64,000 nt of DNA from assembly GCA_028534125.1 (NCBI GenBank), contig CM052816.1, positions 96,040,001 to 96,104,000 on the forward strand. The letters are read 5' to 3'. The DNA is from Lama glama (Eukaryota). Below, piece after piece: positions 1 to 12,870 of the stretch. Positions within the stretch are counted from its first letter, which is position 1, and each line of letters opens with the position of its first letter. A program made the position numbers and the translations under genes. The notes beneath the pieces are model-generated. The model was not told the origin of the DNA. It was given only the letters and a program-made list of their open reading frames with translations, and made no database searches.

Positions 1-1039
1 CCGGGGGAACCTTACTTTCTCTCGTGCTCTCTTCTGTGTTGGGATTTGGGCCTTTTTTATTGTTTGCTTAGCTTAGTGTCTGCCAAGTCTGTTATTGTCC
101 CGGCTTTGTGACTATTATAAATATTTGTGAGCCACAGATGTGCGGTGAGGTTCAGAATCCATTTTCTTTCCTCTGTTTTGTGTGGAAGTCAGGCTGGGCG
201 TGGCGTCTGTGTGCTGTTCCTTCTCAGACACCCGTTAGAGGGCCAGATGTGTATGAGGTTAATTGCTTGGATTTGAAGATTTACGTGTGCACGCGAGGAT
301 ACTTCCCTCTTGTTTAAACTGTGCCTAAGATCTTTTTTTGGCAGGACTCTCCTCAGGGCATAAAAATGACCCTGTGTTTGGATTTTTGGATTTCATGGGA
401 CTTGAGGTTTTCCTGCATCGTGGTCTCCAGATCAGAATATTGGAGCAGCTGCCATAGCTGCAGGGTTGCAAACCTAGTCTGTTCCTGTTTTATCCACTGG
501 AGCTTTTCGTGTGGTTTTCATGTGTGTTTGTGTCTCCCAGGCCACAAAGGCATCAGAGTCATTTTGTTTCACTTGCTTTTGCTCTAAGTTTGGACAGTAA
601 CCACTATTGGTTAAACCAAAGCAGAAAAAGCAAAGGTTGGAAAGATGGTCAGGAGATTCTGGGAAGTAAATACCACCAGATTTCATATAACAGTACCTAA
701 AAATAGCAAATAGATCTTACATTTCCAGTGCTGAGGAATTGGGTGAGTGTCTCTAAGTTGTTCACCATTGCTCAGAATTTTTTTTTGGAGTGAGGGACGT
801 TACTGTCCCGCTCACAGCTCAGAGGCCATATACCTTTGAGAACTGTTCCTCCTCCTTCCATAGAAAGTCACCTCCTTGCTGCAGTGATGACTGGAAAGTG
901 GGGCGCTGACCCAAACTGGCCAATCACAAATCCCACCTGGTGGCCACTCTGAATAATTCTAATTGAGAGCCAGGACTTTAGCTTGGTCACCAATATCCCA
1001 TTTCTTCTTTCTTACTCAAAAACAGGACTTAAACGAGTT

Positions 1040-1725
1040 CTTCCCTTTCTTTCCTTCATCATCAATTTTTATTTTCCTCTCTCTGCTAGATCTTTCCCCT
1101 AGGGATGCAAACATCTACCATTTTTTAAAAAATGACCTGTTGACCTGAATTTCCCCTCCAGCCAGGACCCAGTTCTCTCCTTCTGTTTACAGAAGAACTT
1201 TTTAAAAGCATTTGTTTATGTTTCCTTTTGTTTCCACTTCCTCTGGAACCCACTTAGACCACTTGGTCATTCCATCATCAGTCCTGCCTCTTCAAGGTCA
1301 CCTGTCACCTCCATGTTGCTGAATCCAAGCGTCCACATTCAGTCAGCCTCGCACCAGACAGTCAGGAGCGGCAGCCTTCGTACAGTCTAACCCATCCCTC
1401 CCACCTCCTCAAAGCACTTTCTCCATCTGCTTTCTGGACACCGCAGCACCCTGATGTGACTCCTCCATCTCTAGCCATTGTCCCTTCCTTCAACTGCTCA
1501 TCTCCCTGACCTACAACCACTGGCGTCCTTAAGGGTTCTGTACCTTGACCTCATCTCTTTCCCCACCATCCTCACCACTTGTATAATTTTTGCCCTCCCC
1601 ATAGTGTAAGTTCCATAAGGGCAGGGATTTTCGCTATTTTGATCACTGCTCCATCTTCAGGCAACGAATGGTCTAAGACAGAAAAGCTGTCAGTGATTGT
1701 TTGTTGGATGGATGGTGAATGGTTG
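1040..1725 (+). mobile_element. Decayed LINE-2 3' region
   Basis: L2-like text (ttcaaggtcacctgtcacctccatgttgctgaatcc...; gtaagttccataagggcagggatt...; terminal ggatggatggtgaatgg). Confidence 0.7.
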
Positions 1726-2838
1726 GATGGATCCTTTGGGCCTTTTAAACTGGGTGAGAAAAAACCCTCTTTCTAATTTGGGCACAGAACTGGAAGTACA
1801 TGAGATTGTCTGCAAGAGGAAGGAATGAGATTATTCCTCCTCTATCCCCAACCAGAGTTTAGTATATTTGGTACAGTTTTCCCCATGTTGTCCAGCAGGC
1901 GGATGTTCACTTGTTCACCAATTCTCAGACCACATATTATCTGCTCTGTGAACCCTTATCATCCTTCTCCTTCCTGTCCCCATGTTCCTGTGCATGTCCC
2001 CACACTAGCAATTTAAAGTTGGATTTATTGAACTATTTCTTGTGTCTTTCCTTGTCACTATGAAGCCCTTGATTGTATCCATCTTCCCAATACTTAACAC
2101 ACAATGAGCAATGAATGTGTTAATGTTACTTAATAAAGTGATTCAGGTTGAAATTTTGTAAAACCTAATTTACCGGAAGGGTCCTTAAGAGTTTGGTAAA
2201 AATGTGTTCCTCTAGCCTGGCTGATTGTGCTACATTTGATTTAAAATGTTTATTTCATGATTTTCCTATAATTAAATAATTAGACTTGCTGTAGCCATCA
2301 TAGACTGTCCCCGTATTGTCCGTGTGAGGCCGTTCACTCTACTGCTTTCTCAAATAGTCTTGCCGCTTTGGAGGATAAGTGAACATCATTCATACCAGCT
2401 CTTAGAGAGGAGAGAGTGCACAGCCCTTCCAAAGTCTGCTTCTCCCTGATGACTGTCCGTGAGTTGTGAAGATAACTGAAAGGGAAGGTCACAGTAGCCA
2501 AACAGCACATAGACTAAGACCAGTGGCCCTGCCCTCACCTGTGTCATCAGATGTCAGTTCCTTCCTGGCATTTAATGTTTCTTAAATTGAGTGTTTGGAC
2601 CTACTGTCTATGTCACAGTGGAATTTCATCAGTATCATCTTCAAGGAGTCTGTATTATTAAATGTAAAAATAGCACAGTGCAGGGTAACTGTCAGGTCAC
2701 GGGCCGGGCCGAGCTTAGAACCCTGAAGTTGTAGTTCCTGCAGATTAGTTATCAGGGATGTGCATGTTCCAAAAACAGCACTGATCTGTCTTTATGGAGC
2801 CCCTGCCATGCCGGGAGCTCAATCTGGGGTCAGATGAC

Positions 2839-2839
<1 letters not shown>

Positions 2840-2875
<36 letters not shown>

Positions 2876-2890
2876 GTGTATCTATCCATC
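2840..2890. repeat. (TCTG)n(TCTA)n compound microsatellite
   Basis: Read directly. Confidence 0.9.
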
Positions 2891-3157
2891 TGGGTGGAGA
2901 TGTGGGTTTATAGGTGCAGATGTAGCTGACACAGACATAAATATGGACGTAGACAGAGACTGTGCTCTCACTGGCGCTCATGAAGGTCACTAGGGCAGAG
3001 ATACAGTCAATGAAATAATTGTCTAAAACCGTGTACTAAAAGCCCAGCTTTGTGGATTAATTATAAGTTTCTAGTAAATTAATTGATGCTGTGAAAGTAT
3101 CCACATCCATGCAATACCTTTTAAATAGATGCTCTTTCACTGACTTGGTGCTACAAG

Positions 3158-3184
3158 CACACACACACCCACACACACACACAC
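3158..3184. repeat. Interrupted (CA)n microsatellite
   Basis: Read directly. Confidence 0.85.
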
Positions 3185-3794
3185 TGGTCTTCATCGGACA
3201 GTGTGTGCGGTTGCCCAGCCTCCTCATCAGCCATCCCTGAACACATAACCGTGCTGAGCTGCCAGTCATGTTCTGAGCTCTGAGCAGCAGGTAGGATGCA
3301 CCTCAGGCCGGGCACACAGTAGGCCCTAAACAAGAAGGAACAGCATCAGTGAAGCAATGAATGACCACGTGTTTCCTATATGAGTTCTCATTCTAGAGTG
3401 TCTTCACTGAAGCGAGCATCTTTTTAGTAGGCAAATCCCACTCTTTTCACCAACTAACTATGGCATTTCTTTTTTGTTTTTTCCTTCTGGAAATCCTTCC
3501 TTCTTAACTCAATTTGGTACACAGTTGCTTGCTAACTTCATCATTCCACTGCCAGATTTCTAGGAGCTGATGACATTTCTCTCATAACTTTCTCTTTTGT
3601 GTGCTGTTATGCTCTTCTGAGATTGTTTCATAATCCAGGTGTCATGAGGGTCTCTGAAAGGTCTTGGAAGTTTCTTCAGGGGATGTCGTAATAATAGCAA
3701 TAATAAGAAAAGTGAATTACGGTGGTCTAGTTTTGTTCTGTGATTATAACGTTTAGTGTCTTGTATATAGTTTAACTTTGACTCATTTTCAGGT

Positions 3795-4627
3795 TCAAGT
3801 TCGGTCTTTATTTTTTTTTTCTCTGTGATTTTTTTTNNNNNNNNNNNNNNNNNNNNNNNNNNNNNNNNNNNNNNNNNNNNNNNNNNNNNNNNNNNNNNNN
3901 NNNNNNNNNNNNNNNNNNNNNNNNNNNNNNNNNNNNNNNNNNNNNNNNNNNNNNNNNNNNNNNNNNNNNNNNNNNNNNNNNNNNNNNNNNNNNNNNNNNN
4001 NNNNNNNNNNNNNNNNNNNNNNNNNNNNNNNNNNNNNNNNNNNNNNNNNNNNNNNNNNNNNNNNNNNNNNNNNNNNNNNNNNNNNNNNNNNNNNNNNNNN
4101 NNNNNNNNNNNNNNNNNNNNNNNNNNNNNNNNNNNNNNNNNNNNNNNNNNNNNNNNNNNNNNNNNNNNNNNNNNNNNNNNNNNNNNNNNNNNNNNNNNNN
4201 NNNNNNNNNNNNNNNNNNNNNNNNNNNNNNNNNNNNNNNNNNNNNNNNNNNNNNNNNNNNNNNNNNNNNNNNNNNNNNNNNNNNNNNNNNNNNNNNNNNN
4301 NNNNNNNNNNNNNNNNNNNNNNNNNNNNNNNNNNNNTAAACTCCTGCAGCTTTTTTTTGTCTGTGAAACTCTTTATTTCTCCTTCTATCCTAAAGGATAG
4401 CCTTGCTGGATAAAGTATCCTAGGCTGCATCTTTTTTTCATTCAGGGCTTTGAATATATCTTGCCACTCCCTTCTGGCCTGTAGTGTTTGTGTAGAGAAA
4501 TCAGCTGAGAGCCTTATGGGGGTTCCCTTGTAGTTCACTCTTTGCTTTTCTCTTGCTGCCTTTAGAATCATTTCTTTATCCTTGACTCTGGCCATCTTGA
4601 TTATAATATGTCAAGTTCGGTCTTTAT
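3795..4627 (-). mobile_element. Young 5'-truncated LINE-1 (ORF1 C-terminal part visible; remainder in assembly gap), coordinates include TSDs
   Basis: Uninterrupted L1 ORF1p C-terminal peptide (MARVKDKEMILKAAREKQRVNYKGTPIRLSADFSTQTLQARREWQDIFKALNEKKMQPRILYPARLSF...) at 4337-4595; poly-T at 3811-3820; identical 17-mers TCAAGTTCGGTCTTTAT at 3795-3811 and 4611-4627. Confidence 0.95.
3837..4336. other. Assembly gap (500 N)
   Basis: N run of exactly 500, same as the second gap, so probably a placeholder of unknown true size. Confidence 0.98.
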
Positions 4628-5014
4628 GGAAGAGCATTTACAGAGCAGTTTTTCTTTTCTTTGGCAAATCTTGAATGCTCAGATACGCCTACGACTAACA
4701 TTTCTAACCACAAACGCCTGGTTTGTGAAGGCTTTATTGATTTAGAGTAGCTGCTGCTGCTTTTTTTTTTTTGTCTGAATGCAACTATAGAAAGTATAGA
4801 GTGTAAATATTCTAGGTTACCTCCACCTGCAGTAGTCACACATGCTTGGATCTGAAGGACTTGGGACCAGTTCACTACTGGAAGTGATTTAATAGCCCCT
4901 TATAAAGTGGCAGTGATAATAGATATTTGATACAGGTTCTCCAGCATTTCATAATATAGAACATTCTATAAATCACCAGTAATAACCTAGGAATAATTCA
5001 TACAAGCGGCTCAA

Positions 5015-5200
5015 ATTATTTGAGTGCCCCCTACATCCCAGGCACTGGGATAACTTTTACTTATATTGTTTCATCTTCTCAGCAACCGTGTACAATATGT
5101 TCTAATCTCCTCCCCAGTTTAGAGATGAGTAAACTGAGTCATGGAGAGGTTTAGAAACTTGCCAAGGTAATTCAGAGGTTATCCGGATGCCAACCCCAGT
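5015..5200 (-). mobile_element. MIR SINE
   Basis: MIR core in reverse: cccagtttagagatgagtaaactgagtcatggagaggtttagaaacttgccaaggt. Confidence 0.8.
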
Positions 5201-5719
5201 GGGTAATGTATAACTTCTGAATCCAGGGTGTGTTTCACCCCCTTTCTTTTCTAAAGGTCACCAGGGGAGCTCACTTGGCAGAATATTACAGAAAAAATTT
5301 ATAAAGCAATAGACCCACCCATTTTAAATGTTACTGCAAAATGAAACAGCTATAGGTTTCTGCAAATAGTGCCTTGGTTTTATTTCACTGAGCCAGCAAA
5401 TATCTTGAGGATTGGAACCCACTCTCACCATGTAATTTCCTTGTAGAAAACACATGATTGGTGGTTAATTAAAAAAAATTCCTCATGGACAAACATCTGT
5501 ATAAACACATGGTGCTTCTGAAGCATCTTTTCCTGTACATGGGGGTCATCAAGGACTAGTGGGCATTCCGATTAATGTCACATTGGAAATCGTGTTCCTA
5601 TTATTGGTGCAACACACTAACCACTTTTCTTGAAAATTGCAAGGTAAGTGACAAGGAGAAATAACCTGTATCCATCCACCACCTCTCTCCAAACAGATCT
5701 TTACCGGACACGTTAGGGT

Positions 5720-6560
5720 ATGAGACTCTTAGGAATTGGAGATAAACTGACAAACAAGAAGCTTCCCATTTCTCATGGAGCACACATTTCGGGGGAGAGT
5801 TGGACCCTAAACAATAATCACATTGTGATAAATAAGAAAAAGTATCTTACAGAGGCAGGTACTATGCAGAGAATTCAGATAGGGTCATGCCATAGGCAGT
5901 GAATAGGGGCAACTTTGGGATGACTGTATGTGGAGGGGAAGGGACAGCGGTGTGGACTAGGATGGCAGAGGTGGGCAAGAGTTAGATACAGTGTGTAGGG
6001 CATTGTAAGACAGGACGGGAAACTCTGATTTTTATCACGGGCATTGGGAAGCCTTTGCAGAAGCAGTGGTGGGACAGGATCTGTTTGCACTTGTAAATCG
6101 TCATTTATATTTTCATGGTTGCAGTTGGGACAATGCATTGTTGAGTAGCAAGAGGGGAATCAGGAAGACCAGCTAGCAGGCCATTGCAGGGGACTGGCGA
6201 GGCTCGAGGGCGGTGCAGGCTAGGGTGTCGCTGGCGAACATCCAGGGAGAACTGGACGAATTTGGCTAATTTCAGAAGCAGAATCAGGGGTACTCTGATG
6301 GCTTGGGCACTGGAGGGGAAGAGAAGGAAAATGAAGAACGGTTTGTAAGTTGGTGGGTGGTGGACTATTAACTGAGTCAGAAGTTTTGGGGAGATTCAGG
6401 TTTTGGAGGGACAAACAAGATTTCTCCCAGGATCATGTAAATTTGATCATGCTCATCCAGTTGGAGAGAACAGGGAGACATACGTGCGAGTCTGGACTAT
6501 TTGGGAATGATTGGGACTAGAGCTCAATATTTTGGAGTCATCTCCATGGTTGACAGTGAA
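5720..6560 (-). mobile_element. Decayed LINE-2
   Basis: Purine-rich reverse L2 text (gggaagcctttgcagaag...ggaagaccagctagcaggccattgcag...ggagtcatctccatgg). Confidence 0.7.
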
Positions 6561-6858
6561 GTCCCAGGCCTCTCATCTAGGAGAGACTGTGGGGAAGGGA
6601 AGGGCACCTCAGGCAGAACTGTGGGTGCTGGGATGTTTGAGTCGAGTGTTAGCATCTCTTGGGGAGCTCTTCATAATATTTTGCTTGAAGTGGTGATGCT
6701 TTGGTACTTCATAAGTGATCTTAAAAGTGACAAAAAGCCCCGAAGGTAATTCTCTCCTTTAGGCATTTCATTCACCACCTTAGCAGCAAAATTTTCCATT
6801 GTTGTAACATAAAATGCCATTCTGGTTGTAGCGAATATCAGATCCTTACAAGGCAGCG

Positions 6859-7065
6859 CAGTCATTCCTCCGTATCCACGACCTCGCGGTTCCAGGACCT
6901 GGCAGCTACCCAAATCTACAGCTGCTCAAGTCCTGTATATAAGATGGCAGAGTGTGATGACCACATGTGGCCCTGGCTGTCTTGACTTGTGGTTGAAGGT
7001 TGACCTGTGGTTGGTGTGAGTCGTGGATGAGGGACCGCGGATGCCGGGCTCGTGGAGCGCTGTTG
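6859..7065 (+). mobile_element. MER2-type (TcMar-Tigger) non-autonomous DNA transposon
   Basis: 5' end cagtcattcctccgtatccacg...ggttccaggacc...acccaaatctacagctgctcaagtcc...tataagatggc; matching inverted end ...gtggatgagggaccgcggatg. Confidence 0.7.
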
Positions 7066-8019
7066 GTAGGATGTGATTTCTTTTCAGCATTTCTGTCACT
7101 TTTTCCCTCCAGTTAGTGGGTTCAGGCTCCCACCGGTTTTCAAAAGCAATCTTTTCCCCAGCTGAGTTTTGGGAGGCCTGGGGCGAGGGGTGATGTGGAT
7201 GTTAACCATCTACCAAGTTTTCTTTCTTACCAACATGCTACTTGCTGACATCTAAATTTTGCGCCACTGTTTTTCCATCCCTCCCTGTGCTCTTTTAATT
7301 ACTGTAAGTATCTGTTTTTCCCAGGGACCTTGAGCTAGTGGAAGTTCAGTATTTGAGAGACCTGGGGAATGTTTTTGCCAATGAATTTTGCATTTTCAGT
7401 GTCAGTTCTGGAAGCCGTCTGCATATTTGTTGACTAAATGAATCTCTGAACATTTGCAGCATGCTGGGGGAGAGACCCTGACGTGCTGTTACTACTAATG
7501 CAGCGGCTAGTGACACAGGCCAGAGAGCCCCTCCATGTTTCCTTCCCTACAAGGACTCTATGTAATGCCACTTGCATCACTGACACCTTTGTAAAAGGAT
7601 CAAACATATGAAGCTTAGGATGTCACCAGCATTTTATCAGTGGCTTAAAACTTTGATTTTTCTATCAAAGAGAAATGCATTTGGCCCATTCATGTAAAGT
7701 TGACAGCTCTCATTTCTCCTAGTTAGTGAAAATAAGATTTGGCACTGGCCATTAAGATTCCCTGGGACAGATGTATTCTGCTGTGAACCAGGATACAGGG
7801 CTGTATGTTGAGAAGTAATGGGTTTCAGTATCCACAATGCACACAGAGACCTTTGTGAAAAGGACACACATAATTGGTAAGGCACAGTCATCAAGCACTT
7901 GTTCAAATTGTCGAGCTGAACTAAAGAATAAATTATTTTTTCAAATGGGTCAATTCCTTGATAAAATGCCAACACTGAAAGTAGTTTATAAATTATCCAA
8001 AAGATCTTTTTTTTCAAAA

Positions 8020-8305
8020 AAAACACTTTATTGAGGCATGATTGGCATATAAAATGCTATACATATTTAATGTATAGATCTCAGCGAATCTGGGGATGAG
8101 AACACACCTGTGAAACCATCACTACCTTCAAGGCCATAGCCTCCCAAAGTTTCCTCTCGCCTCCCTTTTTCTTCTGGCTTTTTCGTTTTTGTTTCATTTT
8201 GTTTTTCGGTAAAAACACTTAAGCTAAGATCGACCCTCTTTGAAAGTTAAATATACTATCTAGTAGTGTTATTAGCTACAGACTCTGTGGTGTATAATAG
8301 ATCCC
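8020..8305 (-). mobile_element. L1MA9/10-like 3' end fragment
   Basis: ctttattgaggcatgattggcatataaaa...cacctgtgaaaccatcactacc...aacacttaagctaagatcgaccctct. Confidence 0.75.
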
Positions 8306-9189
8306 ATTTGAGAAGTTTGTCTTGTTGCTGGAGATTGAGACTCACCTCTTAAGAACGCCATTCGGAACAGCTCACTCGTGGGGTCAGAAGCCAACCTGCA
8401 GCATCCTCAGGCAATCAGCCTGAGTTTTAATGTCATGTGGTTTCCCTTCCCTGCTTTACGGTGGTGTTCAGACCGCAAGTGATACAGGCGTCTCATCTTA
8501 AATAAATAACGTGCAGCTCCCCAAGGGCACTAAGATGTGAAGGTGGGATTTGCCGGATCAGGGCTTTGAATGACTGCGTGCAGGCTGTCAGTGAGACCCA
8601 GAGAACATGTCACCTGGGATTATAATAGGACTTCACAGCTGTCCAGGCTGTCAGATTAGGTCACTGAGGGAGAGGGGACTCCATTATCCTTTTTAAGGTT
8701 AACTTGATTCTGCCATCTTGGGGATTAGAAACACTATAAAGCATCTTTATTGTTGATACCAATGACAGTTGTATAAAAATTCAACAAGATGAAAAAAATC
8801 CAACAATGCTGAAAAATTGCAAGGATCAGGTAAAATGGTGACTATCTTTCTCTACCTCTTTGCCACCTGACAAAAAAGGCTGCGGCTTCATTACTTGCAA
8901 AATTCTGGGAGATGACAGAGCTCGATAACAAGCGCTCAGTGGAAAGGTCAGGAGCCAGTTCTCTGGTGGACTGTGGCTCTCGCTAGCCTTCTCGCGCCTC
9001 TGTCTGTAAAGTGGGGAGAAACCCTGATGCCGCATGCCTTTTTTTAGAGACAAGAGAGTCAGTTCCCACTTCAGACTCAGCCCATTCATATTTGCAGCTA
9101 TATCGCTCTCCTAGGATTCCGGGTTCTCCCCATGCTGGAGACAGTTTCTGAACTGTGCACATCATATGTATGTTCTGGTTAAAGAAATC

Positions 9190-9405
9190 CACCCTGTGGA
9201 CAGCACAGAGCAGTATTTGTAGCTGGAAACTCCCAAAGCAAGCAGTCTGCCTAGACTATATTCAATTTCCTGTATTGACATATAATGGAAAAGAATCTGA
9301 GAAGAAAAACAAATATATGTATGCATATGTACGACTGAATCACTTTGCTATACAACTGAAACTAACATTGTAAATCAACCACACTCCAATAAAAAAATGT
9401 AAAAA
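9190..9405 (+). mobile_element. L1 3' tail fragment (artiodactyl-type), with a 44-bp non-L1 segment at 9211-9254
   Basis: actatattcaat...tataatggaaaagaatctga...actgaatcactttgctatacaactgaaactaacattgtaaatcaaccacactccaataaaa; homologous to the reverse-strand tails elsewhere in this window. Confidence 0.85.
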
Positions 9406-9724
9406 GAAAGAATTATAGAGAGCGATACGTTAGTAACATCCCCTCCAAGGGTCAGGCAGGACCAGCCACGATGTTGACTGTGTGGGTAATCACGTTCTTC
9501 TCAGCCAGGGAAGGGGAAAGATGCTGTTTGTACCAATGGTGAAGAATGTGTTTTTGGACATGTAGTTTTACTTATACTGGATCTCTTCCAAGTTTATATT
9601 TCAGTGGATTTCTTAGTCTTAATTTTAGCAGTTGCAGACTGGGAACTTTCTCCTGATTTCCTCTTTTTTTTGCAACCCACAGACTAGAATGTCATTTGGT
9701 TGTCATTTTCAAAATAATCTGTGC

Positions 9725-10250
9725 TACAAGATAATATAAACAATCTAACAAGTTGAATATCCCATACAGACAATATTTGCAATGCATATGATAGACCTAA
9801 GGTTAATATCCCTAAAGTACAAAGAGCTGTAAATTAAGAAAAATTCAAGCAGCCCACAAGAAAATGGGTAAAGATATGATTAGGTGATTCACATAGGAGT
9901 AAATTCTGATGTCCAGTAAGTAGGTGAAAAAGTGTTCTGTTTCCAACTCTCAACAAAGAAAAAAAGAAGAAAAAAGAAAACACTTAATGCTGGTAAGGAT
10001 GCTGATAAAAGGGGACTCTCACCCATTCCTGATGGAATTGTGAATTGTTTATATTTTGGGGAAAGCACTCTGACACTTCCTATTAAAAACGTACACACTC
10101 TGACCCAGCACTACCACTTCTGGGAATACAGGTTATAAAAATAAGAACACCAGCATACGTATATGAGGGTATGTGTATTTGGTGTTTATAGTAGTGTTGC
10201 TTTTAATGCTCTCCTTCCCCTAAAAAACTATAAAAACTACCTCAAATATT
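9725..10250 (+). mobile_element. Old L1M(E) ORF2-end/3' UTR remnant
   Basis: atatttgcaatgcatatgatagac...aagaaaatgggtaaagatatga...tgctggtaaggatg...ctctgacccagcactaccacttctgggaat. Confidence 0.7.
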
Positions 10251-12482
10251 GAGTATGTATCAGTAGATTATAGATTATGTATCAGTTAGATTCTAAGAAT
10301 GCCTCAGATCTGATGCTGCCGTGTAGAAACTAATTTAAAACACTCCGGGTTAACTTGGCGAGATTTTCATAATTAATGAGAACTAGATCTCATTTTATAA
10401 AGGAGAAAGACCTTCATCCCCCAAGTCTGTATACATAGTTTGCCTTTGTTACATGGACCTGGGGAAAGATCCAGAAGGGTGTCCAGTAGGCTGCTGACAA
10501 GGGCTGTGTGGGTAGGGGGAGATAGCAACGCCCAACAAAATCAACATGTGACCCACAAACAAATTTGTGGCTGGAAACTCCCAAAACAAGCAATCTGCCC
10601 AGACCCAGGAGGCACTGAGCTGGCAAAAGAGTGACGATTTGGGAATCTGGGGTCATGACCACCAATCCTGTTGCTCTGGATATAGCGGAGTTCTGGTGAC
10701 AAGTGAGATCATCTGAGAACCTTTGCATTTCTTTAAGGTGCTTAAAATAGCTCCTACAAGGGGCGTAGGCTCTTCCTCATTCCCCAACCATTACTTCCTT
10801 ACTTCAGGAATCCCTTCTGTCTTCTCTGAACCGTCATTCTCCTTTGAAAGTTCTCTTCTTAGGAGACAAACATTCACCAGCAGCACATTAGAAATCCTCG
10901 AGTCTGCCCTTAGGTATTTGATGTAAGGTATCTAGTATTTCCCGTTCCCTCCAGCACATGAGTCACCCTAGACAAGTCAAAAATGCTTCCTGTGTCTCAT
11001 TTGCCTTTTCTCTGTGTGCAGATACCATCATTTTCTTGTGTATCATGGGTGGTGGCAAATTCTATAATGAAGGTGAATTTTAATGGTAAATGCCTAAGTT
11101 TTAATTCAAGAGGTGTTTATAAAGAGAAAGACTGCGTCTCATACATTTCCCAGCACTACTCTGTCTGCTGAATGCTGTGCTGCTATTACTTAAAAGAAGG
11201 AAAACTGGAGAGGGGGTCAGGGAGAGAAAGCTACCTGGAGCATGGCGACAGACACATGAGTCAGTGAAAAGCTGGGGTTCCCATGAGTTTTAGGAAACTC
11301 TCCGGTCCATTGTTTGAAGAGCTCCAGTGCATTGTGCGTGTTCATGATGGCTCAGTCCAGTGCCATGTGTGCATGTGTACCAGTGAGTGACATGGAGAAA
11401 TAGAATGGTGCCACCCTCGAGCAATGCTCTTCCAATATTTGAACTCCATCTGGAAGCAACATGGCCCCCAAGGGCCCAGCAGAGCACATCCTGAAGCCAG
11501 AGGTTTGGCTGCAGATGGACCAATGGGGCTTTAGGGATACACATCAAAGAGTGTCTACTCTAGTCAGAACTCTTCTCTGTGTGACACCACAGACAAGCAA
11601 AAGTTGTCCCTAACTTGCCCTTCTGAAGACTTGGTTTGTTTTTGTCAGTTGTGTGTCAATTTCATTGGACTTTGCTACCTCTTGTCATACACTGATACTT
11701 GGGGAAAGTGGAACGCTCCCCAGATGAATAAACAGAAGTTGTTTGGGTGTCACTGAGAGACATGTAACTCTGCGGAGTCCTTGTGGATGCATGTAGGCCC
11801 CGGGAAAGATGAGGCCTCCCCTTTAATCCCTGCCGTCCGGACACAGGCCCCTCTGTGGGCTGAGGCTCCTCGGGCACCACAGCATCACAAGAGGCTGCCC
11901 AGCTGGACTTTGGAGACAGGCCAGCTAGGGAGTCAGCATCCAACGCCTGTCATCCACTTTGATCCTCAGCTCAGAGGTGCGGGTTTTCCTCACTGAGCAT
12001 GACAGTGAACGTGGTTTTGTACCTTCCTCTGCCTCTGCTTCAGATTCCTAAGTGAGGCACAGTGTCTGGCCACGACATATTCTGTTTGTCCTTTACTTGT
12101 TGCCTGCCTGAAGCCATCTCAGCACCAACAGTGTCAAGTCCAGGAAAGCCCGTCACTTGTCCTCATCAACATTGGGGGCATATTTAGGACCTGTTTCTTG
12201 CTCTCCGTGTGTAAAGACATAGATGGCAGAGTTCTGTTCTTTCGGAGCTTGCCGGTTAGTGTGCCCTCAGTATTTATGATCTGTGGAAGGCAGTTGTCAC
12301 ATACAGAGGAGAGAGAGCACTCCTGGTGAGAAGTAGGGATTTTAGTAAATGGCAAGGCTTCCATTGGAGTCACGGAGAGGGTCTGATCCTTGTGGGCTGA
12401 AGCCAAATCCTGCTCCCCCTGAGGCACAGAACTTGCAAGTAGGGTGTCTGCCCTGACTTTGCTCCCTCCAGCATGTAAAAGG

Positions 12483-12870
12483 TATCATGGACTGGATGGT
12501 TGCGTCCCTCTGACATTCATATATGAAATTTCTAATCCTCAGTGTCATCCTGTCAGGAGTGGGGTCTTTGGGAGGTGATTTGATCCTGAGGGTGGGGCCC
12601 TCACCAATGGGATTAGTGCCCTGATGGAAGAGATAAGAGAGAGACTGCTTCCTGTGCCCCACCCTCCTCTCTTTCTGCAACAAGAAAATGACCATCTATG
12701 AACCAGGAAGAGGGTTCTTACCAGACACCAAATCTGCTAGCATCTTGGTCTTGGACTTCCCAACCTCCAAAACTGTGAAAATAAATGTTTGGAGTTAAAG
12801 CTACCTAGTCTTAAAAAAACATAAAGCAGCCCAGTCTTTTCAATTTGTTACAGCAGCCCAAGCTAAGATA
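12483..12870 (+). mobile_element. MLT1A-type ERVL-MaLR solo LTR
   Basis: ggggtctttgggaggtgattt...aatgggattagtgccct...catcttggtcttggacttcccaacctccaaaactgtgaaaataaatgttt...gcagcccaagctaagata. Confidence 0.85.

Noticed and set aside
541..742. Possible SEMA5A non-coding exon (tgtctcccAG at 540; GG|GTGAGT at 743)
   Set aside because: Splice-like motifs only, with no homology I can verify. Similar lone donors at 5644 (AAG|GTAAGT) and near 15212 are equally unsupported without RNA-seq.
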